From positions 100,318,001 to 100,382,000 of the forward strand of contig NC_058368.1 in NCBI RefSeq assembly GCF_018350175.1: DNA of 64,000 nt, given 5' to 3'. The notes under the pieces were generated by a model. That model had not been told where the DNA came from, did no database searches, and saw nothing but the letters and a program-made list of their open reading frames with translations. The DNA is from Felis catus. Taxonomy: Eukaryota. The translations under genes were made by a program, and so were the position numbers. Positions 51,707 through 61,446 of the stretch are shown one piece after another (position 1 is the first letter of the stretch; each line of letters starts with the position of its first letter).

Positions 51707-51724
51707 AAATAATTGAAAAAAAAA
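51620..51724 (+). mobile_element. 5'-truncated carnivore SINE, including (CT)n and tail
   Basis: GGATTCTGTGTCT...(CT)n...A tail without a head. Confidence 0.8.
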
Positions 51725-51729
51725 GGGAA

Positions 51730-51930
51730 TGTGTGTCTGGGTGGCTCAGTTGGTTGAGCACCCAACTTCAGCTCAGGTCATGATCTCAAGAGTTTGTGGG
51801 TTCAAGCCCCACATCGGGCTCTGTGGTGACAGCTCAGCCTGCTTCAGATTCTGTGTCTCCCTTTCTCTCCCCTTTCCCTACTCATGCTCTGTCTGTCTGT
51901 CTCTCTGTCTCCAAAATAGACATTAAAAAA
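51730..51930 (+). mobile_element. Carnivore SINE
   Basis: CTGGGTGGCTCAGTTGGTTGAGC head, CT tract, tail. Confidence 0.93.
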
Positions 51931-51974
51931 GTTAAAGATACAGAAATAAAGCACACTGAGTTTTGGCACGTGGT

Positions 51975-52385
51975 TTCTCTGGACTGGCCTGTTGCACTTC
52001 AGATCCCCTGGAAACTGAGTCTGTGCAGGCAGTTTATTAGAGAGTTCTTTTGAGATCAGCCCCTGTGGAAAGAAGGGAAGGAAGCAGAAGTGGGCAGAAG
52101 TAGCTGTGCCCTGATGCAGTCTCACCGAAGGCCTCATCCAGCCGGTGGAGAGCTCTGAAGCCAGGAGGGCCTCTCAGCAGTGTTAGAGAGTTGGGACAAG
52201 GAGGCCCGGCCTCTGTAACTCCGTGCCACCCAGTTATTGGATGCAGGCTGTGCCTAGAAGGTGGCTCCCGCCAGCCAGGGGGCAGTTCCCTGAGAAAGGT
52301 GACAGCTGAGCGCTGCCAGCAGCTGAGGAAGGACATCGTCCAGTCTTGCAAGGGGAGCAAGGGGAACACACTCGTGCCATCTACT
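51975..52385 (-). mobile_element. ERVL solo LTR (LTR16-like)
   Basis: GTGCAGGCAGTTTATTAG, GATGCAGTCTCAC.GAAGGCCTCA, GGAGAGCTCTGAAGC, GTTATTGGATGCAGGCTG hallmarks. Confidence 0.75.
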
Positions 52386-52635
52386 ACTAAACTGTTACTG
52401 TCATTACTAAACAATTACTAAATGCTAAAATATTTTGAAGTTTTAGGAACACACTGGAAATAATAAAAAGAATAATATCTACAATTTCTTCTTGACATTT
52501 CCATTATATCTTGTGTGACCACGTTTTCATTTTACAGAGAAAGTTGAGTAATTCTTGTTATTTGAATAAGTCTTTTTTTTTGCAAAGAAAAGGGAAAGAG
52601 GCCCTATCTTTAATTACATATGGGTGACCAAGAGA

Positions 52636-52639
<4 letters not shown>

Positions 52640-52682
<43 letters not shown>
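52640..52682. repeat. (TG)n microsatellite
   Basis: About 21 TG units. Confidence 0.98.
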
Positions 52683-52685
<3 letters not shown>

Positions 52686-52699
52686 AAGAGAATATGTGT

Positions 52700-52930
52700 A
52701 ATATAGACAGAGCCACTTTGAGTTATGCACTGTATCGGGAACTTAACGTATTTAATCTGTGTAACTCTCCTGGAAGGAAGGGAATGTAGTCCGGATTCTA
52801 CTGCTATGTAAACAGACTCACAGAGGTCAGGTGACTGCTCCAAGATCATACAGCTAATTAGTGGTGTAGTCATGACTTTAAATCAAATCTGCCCAAATCA
52901 AAGCCCTTTTCTTGGTCCTGTGCTCCGTGG
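52700..52930 (-). mobile_element. MIR SINE
   Basis: AAACAGACTCACAGAGGTCAGGTGACT..TCCAAGATCATACAGCTAATTAGTGG. Confidence 0.75.
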
Positions 52931-53346
52931 TTAGTTCTAATCTTTGAACCTTAGCCAAAGGTTTTCTGCTTCACCAGACAACTTTCTACCTTCGTTTTAA
53001 TGAGGTTTCCTTATCTAGAGTTTTGTTCTCCCTCACCGCAGAAATTTGATATTTAAACTGAGTGTTTATCGCCTTTGACCCTTGCCACAACTTCTGCAGA
53101 TAAAAAGCAAGTGTGTTTATCCCCACCTATCAAGACTTTAGAGCTGATGGCAGTGGCCCAGCATCCTATGAAAAGGGTCACTTCTAGGCTTCTGCCTTGT
53201 CCTTCTGCCCCACTTAGTAGATGAGATAGCAGGTAAAGGAAATTTCTGATGCTAAAATGTAGGAGTCAGAGGGGAAGCTGGGTGTACTGATTCTAGAGCC
53301 CATACTTGATTTCCCCTTCAATGGAATTAACATGGGGAAAAAAAAA

Positions 53347-53349
<3 letters not shown>

Positions 53350-53389
<40 letters not shown>
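53350..53389. repeat. (TG)n microsatellite
   Basis: About 20 TG units. Confidence 0.98.
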
Positions 53390-53390
<1 letters not shown>

Positions 53391-53921
53391 TAAGTACAGA
53401 AACAAACCAACCTTTAAATGACTCTACATTATAATCATTTTATTGATGATGAAATTTTGGAACTGGTAGAAAAATATCATTAGAGTTGCCACTAGGAAAA
53501 ATGGAAGCATATAGACTTGAAGTATGTGACTGTGGGAATGAATTTAAACCTCATTTAAATTAGAATAACTTCCTGTGGGTTTCTCCTTGGGTTAGAATGC
53601 CTGAACTGTATTCTCTCACAGTGCCTTCGTATTCTGCGAGGATATGGTTGACTGCTCCCCATAGTTGAATCAGGTTACAAATGATGCAACACCCGCATTG
53701 CCCTGTGACAATCGGCTTCCTTCAGTTTGTTTCACAGCACAATTAAAGCCGCCAAGGTTCTCTTGTTTGTTTGCTTAGTTTAATAGGGCACTGCTTGTGT
53801 CAGACGGTCCAAGAGGACCTTAAGATGTCTGTCAGATTTGCCTACAATTTTTCACCTTCTACAGTAAAAAATCAGAATGAGAGCCATCATGCCATCTTTA
53901 TTTACTTTTTAAATATATGTA

Positions 53922-54142
53922 TTTTTTTTTTAATTTTAAATGTTTATTTTGAGAGAGAGAGAGGGAGAGAGAATGCATGTGAGCAGAGAACGGGCAGAGG
54001 GAGAGAGGGAGACAGACACTCCCAAGCAGGCTCCGTGTTGTCAGCACAGAGCCAGACAGGGCTCTAAGTCACGAGCCGTGAGATCGTGACCTGCTGAAAC
54101 CACGAATGGGGGGCTCAACCGACTGAGCCACCTAGGTGCCCC
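53922..54142 (-). mobile_element. Carnivore SINE
   Basis: CGACTGAGCCACCTAGGTGCCCC head and T tail. Confidence 0.95.
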
Positions 54143-55588
54143 ATCAGTATAGTATTTTTAGTCACATATCTTCTTTGATGTAACAAAGTAAATGACAAAT
54201 AATCTCAATGTGAAGTATTTTATGTCTTTTCTCAAGCAATTATTACTTTATTCATGTGTCTTTGGTTTCAGCTCGGATCTTTAATGGAGGTTTCAGGAAC
54301 AGCTGGATGGAACACATATTTTTGCATGACTGATGCAGCATTCCGTGTATATATGGTATAACTCTGCATTATAAGTTATATGGGATCTTAGTATTAAAAA
54401 CAGGTGACAATATGTTTGCTTTTTGAAATACAGAAGAGAGGACATTTTTGTATACACATAGAGGGATTTGAATATATCATGAACACACATACCTGCATGT
54501 GTGTTCATTAACAATCAGAAGTCAGCTTAAAAATACACATTCACAATGTATTTGTATTCATCTAAACTGGATTATCACTACTAGTGCTGCACTCAAGACC
54601 AGCTAAGGATTTATTATTATTTTTTTACTATTCTGGCTATTAAGATGGTCACAGAACTGGAGTAAGACTATTTCATATTGATGTATGCATATTATTAACT
54701 TCTGGTGACACTGGCAATTTGTAAAGGTTTATGAATAAGAACCAAATTAAAGATGTCTTTGAATTCTCTTTTTTCCCCCTACAGTGAAGTCAGAAATGAA
54801 GTACTAATAAAATATTTCAAAACTCATATATAATGTACATGATTCAATAAAGACTTTCGAGTTACAACGTTATTTTAGATCCCTATAGTATTTAAATTTG
54901 GTTTTGTGTGTCATTCAAGTCTGTTGGCCCAAGTCTTCAAGGGAAGGCTCATTTCCTAAAACTTCTTTATGGGCTAAGCGTAAGAGTTTATAGCAGAACT
55001 CACACACACCTCTTCTTCAAGGGCAGGAGTACAAAAGTCATGGGAGTACAGAGACAGGAAGTTAGTTGGATACCAGAAGGGGGACTTGGGTATCGTGGTG
55101 GAAACTGACAAATTGAATGGTGTAGGTATGGGTTGAAGGAGGCAGCAGGGTTTGTGATCATTTGGGAAAGTTAGTCACAGTTTCTCCATGTCTGATTTTT
55201 AAGAGAAGACAAAAATAGGATGGTTTTGTAAAATTCCTTATTTTTAGAGGACCAAGTGGGCCAGATCAATCCCCTACGTGGAATACATGTGGCCCAGAGG
55301 CCTCCTGTGTTCACATTCTCATCTGAGTCATGGAAACTGGAGTCCTGGGTTGTCTTCCATTTTACATACATGGGATGCCAATACAAGGAAAATAATTACC
55401 TTAATAGAAACTTCAAAAGAGAATGAAAACCAGTTTGGGATAGTTTTCCTTAAATTTTCTTCAAGTGTTCCAAAAAACAAACAAACAAACAAACAAAAAA
55501 ACACCAAAAAACCCTTCAAACCAACATCTCTCCAGTTTTCTAGTTAAAGCCATGTGTATTACTTTTTAGCCAAATAAGGAAGGGATGC

Positions 55589-55803
55589 AGGGGCCCCTGG
55601 GTGGTTCAGTCGGTTGACTGTCCAACTTTGGCTCAGGTCATGATCTCACATTTCAGAGTTCAAGCCCCACGTTGGGCTCCATGCTGACAGCTCGGAGCCT
55701 GGAGCCTGCTTCGGATTCTCTGTCTCCCTCTCTCTCTCTGCTCCTCCCCTGCTCATATTCTGTGTCTCTGTCTCTTAAAAATGGATAAACATTAAAAAAA
55801 AAA
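55589..55803 (+). mobile_element. Carnivore SINE (SINEC_Fc type)
   Basis: GGGGCCCCTGGGTGGTTCAGTCGG head, CT tract, tail. Confidence 0.95.
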
Positions 55804-58800
55804 TTTTTTTTAAAGAAGGAAGGTGTGGAATCCTGTTTTATTTGGGATATTGTCTTTTATTATTGATTGGTCCAAAATTGGATACTACATCTCCTCCTTC
55901 CCACTTAACCTCAGTATGAGATTTCCTGTCTTGTTTCAAGCCTTTGTAGCTTGTTTTTATCTGACCATTTGTCTGTCTGATATCCTTGATATGTTTTTAT
56001 AACATTTTGAACAGAAAGTGTAAGTGCTCTTTGTGGAAAGCAAACCGGCTGGCTGTAAAGGGTCTCTTGTGATTTCTCAAGTTGTTTTCACATTCGACTG
56101 ATACTGGCTTCTAGAACAGAAGTCTGGGAACCAGCAACGAATGTTAGACCCCCAAACATCGGATTTTTTCCTTTCCAAGTCTGCCTTCAGGGGCAGAGAG
56201 AAAAGATGAATGGGAGTGGAAAATAGATGTGTGTAGCCGAGCAGAAGGTTAATTATATTAATTTCAGACTCAACCCAGCTTGAAGACCATATAATAATCT
56301 ATAAAAAATGGAATGCCAACAAGGAGCCAAACTACGATTACCTTTTTCTTCTTGGGAGCACAATATGGTATAGTCATCAGGAGCTCATAAATTGCCCTTA
56401 CAGGCAGTTCAGAAACGGACACTGTATGAAGCCTACTTAGAATTGGAAACTGCGGGAAGATTCTTTTCCCCGCTGCACCTGAGGTATTTTTTCCATGTGT
56501 TGGGTTTCATGTTGGTTGTTCGGTGGAGAACATGGGAATTCTGCTGTGCTTCTCCAAGCTGTGATGGATGAGGCGGGGTCGAGACGCAATTGAGTTATTT
56601 GAAATACTGAAGGCCCAAGCGTAAATGGTACCCTGCAGCACAGTTCCCTTCTTCTATATGTGAATACAGGGAACCATCATGGTTCCCCCTCATTGGCGCC
56701 AAGTTACCTGGTAACAGTTACGTGGAGGATGTGAATGGGGATGAGTTGAAGGAGGGAAGAATCATGCCGATTTCTTCGCACACAGACCTCTCCCTTCCCT
56801 CGCTTGGGTAGCTTCCTTCATCAAAAAACATGGGCAACAGACCAGCGAGGGTTGTTGACACTTCAGAGCAGAGGAATGGTTTTCAGAATATTTACAGCAG
56901 TCTTGAGCTTGGAACATTGGGTGATCTGCCCTTCAAGTATTCAGCTACATCAGTCGTGCATGTTAGCGCCAATGTTTACTGTTACTTTGTCCTACAAACA
57001 TAATTTCGCTGACCCCTCCTGTTAAAATATATGCACGCTTGTATGTCAGTATAAGTAGCACGTGATCTTACAATGCCGTGGAAATCTTGAAGGAAATTTT
57101 ACTGCCTCGTCACCTGTGTCTAGACACATTTATTAGGCACTTGCTGATGGTGAAGTAATACCTGTTTATTAAGCTGCTTTTCAGGCTGCTTACATGAGAG
57201 CTTTCATAAATTAGCTTTAGTACCTTAGAATTTAAGCTTAAACAGAGATTAGGCATTCGTAAATTGAATCAAGCGATCACGGTCTAAGACGGAAGAAAAA
57301 TGCTTTTTAATGCATTTTTGGCCCGCCACCCCTCCCTTCCTTTCAACCCCAGGAGCCTGCTTCACCATAAGGAAGGACATATTTAAAGTTACAATCTGTA
57401 GTGCCAGAAATTTCGACTTTATGTCTTGGCTAACCATTGAGGATAATCAGCACCTTGTCTCTCTTAAAACTGACACGGTGCATTTTTAAAGCGTTGAAAG
57501 AGAAGTATACAGAGCTTACAGGTTGAGCAATCGCAATTCCCTGGCCTTGGCGAAGATTTTGAAACTTCAGTTGTTTTCAGTCGTCGGGGGTAACACACTG
57601 TGGTCGGTTAAATGAGTCGGCTTCTTTAGTCATTGGTATTTTCTAGCTAATACATAAAAATCACAAGTGCAACCTCTGAAGTATAAAAGCTGACATTATT
57701 CAAAGCAGTGTTCGTTTTGTTTGGTTTTGTGGTGCTTTTTCTATAAAAGGAACAATGTGTTTCCCAGTTTGGTAAGCCTTTCAGCTGTTTACAATGTTAA
57801 AAAGGCAACCCATTTAAAGACTCGGATTTAATCTTTTGGAAATTAACCCAATCCCAGATTTTAAACGAACTCTGTTTAAACTCTGTACTCAGACAACTGC
57901 ACTGATCCTCCAGCTTATGTTGCGCTGTTGTTTGGAAACCAGTAGGATCGTCTCGTCTACGCCTCTTGACACGTTAGAACTTTAATGCCTTCAGGAACTC
58001 TTCAGAAGAGCAGTAACAGCCTTTGTCTCTTGGGGTTCTGGAGGAAACCGTAATCTTTGGGCAGCCTCCACCATTTGAAACCCACCCCTGCTATCTTGGA
58101 AATGCTGAATAGGAGGAGATATGTGGTGGTGTGGTGGGAGTAGACAGCGCTTCCATAAACAGTACCCCGTCTTGAATTACCAGAGTCCTCTGTCTCTCAT
58201 AAATTCACTTCTTGATTGTGTCATAGAATCAAGAGTTAAAGGAGTGTAAGATGAAACTTGAACACGGTTTCTCTAGCAAACTTAAATAAAATAAGTTTTC
58301 TGCCCCCAAGCCACCTCTGCCTCGTGGAGAGTGGAACTGAACTCCTCCCTTCTGTGGTTGGAGATGTGTGGGATGTTTGGGATTTTAGCTGCGTATTCTC
58401 ACACTGATCTGGCTGTCGATTACCAGCATCGATACTAATATACCCAAAGTTACCATTATTTGATTTTTTTTCCTTTCCTCCTCTTCTACTCTTCTCCTTC
58501 ATGGTTGATCCACTATTGTCTGTTGCCCAAGTACTTAGGTCAAAGGGTAGAGAAGACTAAGCTGGGCGATTTAGGGGGTGGAACCAGCACTGCCCTGCTC
58601 TCCCCGCTATAGGATCCACCGCTCCCCAGTGCCTAGGTCCTTATGTAGTGCCCACGGGGATGACACCATGGCAGGCTTCAAAGGCCTCGAGCAAGCTAAT
58701 ATCTAGCATCTCTTTACTATGATTCAGATAGTTGGATATGGATTTGGATGCTAAAGAAAAGGCAGGTTCATTTCAATCCACTTGTAGCCGTCAGTCATTA

Positions 58801-58869
58801 TTGAAGTGTATGGTGGGACCGGTCAAGTGCACCTGTTCTCAGATGGTGTCTCTTTTAAGCCTCATGATA

Positions 58870-59020
58870 GTCCCTGGGAACACTCTGATGACCATGATCC
58901 CCAATTTACAGAGGAAGCAGCAAGGCTTATAAAGAAGTCATGGAACTCGCCCATAATTATTGTTCAGGTAAGCGGACTCAATCCCGGCTTCGAAGCTCAG
59001 CCATATATCCTCCCAACTGT
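58870..59020 (-). mobile_element. MIR fragment
   Basis: ATCCCCAATTTACAGAGGAAG core. Confidence 0.55.
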
Positions 59021-59771
59021 CTTGTTCCCTCACCAGTGCATACGTGCATTCCGCGGCGTTAGCTTCCTTATTCTGTCACTTGTTTTCATGGCATCCATAT
59101 GACGGCAGGCCTTGCTCTTTTTCCAGCGGCAGAGTGTTTAAGATATATATGTTGTTCTTAGAGATGGTTCCTAAGTGATTTTTGCAGTGGATGTGTGAAA
59201 CTATCTCCATATCTGCCTCAAGTAAGCAACAGAATCTCTTCTCTCCCTCCCTCTCAAACTTGTGGTTACACTTGAACGCTAAGAGATGCCATGGCAGATG
59301 GCATCTTAAAATAGTGTTAGCAAATATGTTCACGAGTTAAAATTATAGAAGCTTTTCGTACCACCCAGTTTTGCCAGTGAAACAGTAAAAACTGAATCTT
59401 TAATGTGGAAACCGACTTAGGCGCTTGGCTGTCAAACTAAGTCAGTCAAGCACCATTTTCTGCTTGCTTCTTTGTTGTGAAGAGCCACATATTTGCTTAG
59501 GGAACTAAACTCCTGCCGGACAAGTCATTTTCTCATGTTTTTCTTCATCTCCCCACCCTCCTTGCAATCAGTGCTGTCAGGTCTCTCGCTCCACTAGAAA
59601 CATCCCATTAGGGGAGGAACACATTTTTTAAAAATTCAGTAATTTGAACTGGGGACTATTGAAATTACTGCAAAGTGTAGTTACAGGATATTTGAAAGAA
59701 AAAGAGTCTGGCTTTTATATAGAAGCAGTTATTTTATCTGAAGTAATGAAATGTTAGTAATTATATTTTGC

Positions 59772-60034
59772 TTTATTTTTATTTTATTTTATTTATTTTC
59801 TATTTTAGAGAGAGAGAGCATGTGCAGGGGAGAGGGGCAGAGAGAGAGAGAGAGAGCATGGCAGGGGAGAGGGGCAGAGAGAGAGACAGAGACAGAGAGG
59901 GAATCTCAAGAAGGCTCCATGCTCAGTATGGAGCCCAACACAGGACTCAGTTCCATGACTCACAACCCTGGGATCAGGACCTGAGCAAAATCAAGAGTTG
60001 GATGGTCAATGGATGGAACCATCCAGTCACCCCA
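59772..60034 (-). mobile_element. Carnivore SINE with internal duplication
   Basis: Diverged head; (ATTTT)n tail; TSD TTATAT(T/C)TTGCTTT. Confidence 0.9.
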
Positions 60035-60097
60035 GTTATATCTTGCTTTAATCCATCACTAAGATTGTTTCGTGAATAAGTTCTGTGTGGATATTCT

Positions 60098-60190
60098 TTT
60101 TTTTTTTTTTTTTTCAAATTTTTATTGAAATTCTAGTTAACATATAGTGTAATATTGGTTTCAGGAGTGGAATTTAGTGGTTCATCACTC
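60098..60190 (-). mobile_element. Extremely 5'-truncated carnivore L1 3' end
   Basis: Poly(T) then TAGTTAACATATAGTGTAATATTGGTTTCAGGAGT.GAATTTAGTG.TTCATCACT; perfect TSD TCTGTGTGGATATTCT. Confidence 0.85.
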
Positions 60191-60206
60191 TCTGTGTGGA
60201 TATTCT

Positions 60207-60420
60207 TTTTTTTTTTAATGTTTTTATTTATTTTTGAGACAGAGAGAGACAGAGCATGAGCAGGGGAGGGGCAGAGAGAGAGGGAGACACAGAATCTGAA
60301 GCAGGCTCCAGGCCCTGAGCTGTCAGCACAGAGCCCGACGCAGGGCTAGAACCCACGAATCATGAGATCATGACCTGAGCTGAAGTTGGGTGCTCAACCA
60401 ACTGAGCCACCCAGACGCCC
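60207..60420 (-). mobile_element. Carnivore SINE (SINEC_Fc type), stacked insertion
   Basis: Full head and tail; bounded by CTGTGTGGATA(T/A)TCT. Confidence 0.96.
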
Positions 60421-60435
60421 CTGTGTGGATAATCT

Positions 60436-60636
60436 TTTTTTATTAATTTTTTGAATTTATTTGAGAGACAGAGAGTGGGGGAGGGGCAGACAGAGAGGGA
60501 GAGAGAGAATCCCAAGTAGGCATCCCGCTGTCAGCACGGAGCCTGACATGGGGCTTGAACTCACAAACCATGAGATCATGACTTGAGCTAAAATCAAGAG
60601 TCAGATGCGTAACCGACTGAGCCACCCAGACACCCC
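60436..60636 (-). mobile_element. Carnivore SINE, stacked insertion
   Basis: Full head and tail; GAATCCCAAG-type subfamily. Confidence 0.95.
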
Positions 60637-60642
60637 TATTCT

Positions 60643-60665
60643 TTTTTCTTTAATATTTGAGAGAA

Positions 60666-60720
<55 letters not shown>

Positions 60721-60891
60721 ACACTCAGAGTTGAGGAGGGGCAGAGAGAGGAGCAGGGAGAAAATCTCAAGCAGGCTCCATGCTGTCAGCACAGAGCCTG
60801 ACACAGGGCTGGATCGCACAAACTGTGAGATCATGACCCAAGTCAAAATCAAAAGTCAGATGCTTAACCACCTCAGCTACCGAGGCACCCC
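60643..60891 (-). mobile_element. Carnivore SINE with (GA)n expansion, stacked insertion
   Basis: Head GAGGCACCCC; about 24 GA units. Confidence 0.95.
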
Positions 60892-60907
60892 TCTGTTTGG
60901 ATACTCT

Positions 60908-61122
60908 TTTTTTTTTTTTAACATGTATTTATTTTTGAGAGAGAAAGAGGCAGACTGTGAGTTGGGGAGGGGCAGAGAGAGAGGGAGACACAGAACCTGA
61001 AGCAGGCTCCAGGGTCTGGGGTGTCAGCACAGAGCCCAGTGTGCGGCTTGAACTCACAAACGGTGAGATCATGAGCTGAGCCGAAGCCGGACGCTTCACC
61101 GACTGAGCCACCCAGGCGCCCC
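60908..61122 (-). mobile_element. Carnivore SINE (SINEC_Fc type), stacked insertion
   Basis: Head CCAGGCGCCCC extended by a poly(C) run; T tail. Confidence 0.96.
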
Positions 61123-61228
61123 CCCCCCCCCCATGTGTGGATATTCTTAGTGGATATTATGCTGTTTGTTTTCTCCTGAGTAGGGAGTGAGGGTGTGGGA
61201 GAGGTCGAGCATGCCTCATCCTTGAAGA

Positions 61229-61446
61229 CAAAGTTTCTTTCTCAACCTCGGGTCTCCTGACATTTGGGGCCAGATCATTTGTTGTTGTGGGGCTGTCCCC
61301 CTGCATTGTAGTATGTTCTGCAGCATCTCTGGCCTCTGCCCACTGGATGCCAGCAGCACCTTCCTCCCAGTTGTGAAGATCAGAAACGTTTAGACATTGC
61401 CCCATATCCCATAGGGGCGCACATCACTCCAGGATGAGAACCATTG
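61229..61446 (-). mobile_element. MER20 hAT-Charlie MITE
   Basis: TTTCTCAACCTCGG...GACATTTGGGGCCAGAT...CAGCATCTCTGGCCTCT.CCCACTGGATGCCAG...TGAGAACCATTG. Confidence 0.92.

Noticed and set aside
54762..54812. Strong-looking acceptor TTTTTTCCCCCTACAG with nearby AATAAA
   Set aside because: No open frame or matching donor; such motifs are frequent in AT-rich introns.
3477..61111. Recurrent MAQSVKRPTSAQVMIS-type ORFs and tRNA-like segments
   Set aside because: These are translations and tRNA-derived heads of carnivore SINEs, not genes or tRNAs.
60082..61158. CRISPR array interpretation of the repeat-spacer pattern
   Set aside because: Eukaryotic DNA, the spacers are SINE/L1 sequences of 90-250 bp, the repeats are ~15-bp TSDs, and there are no cas genes.
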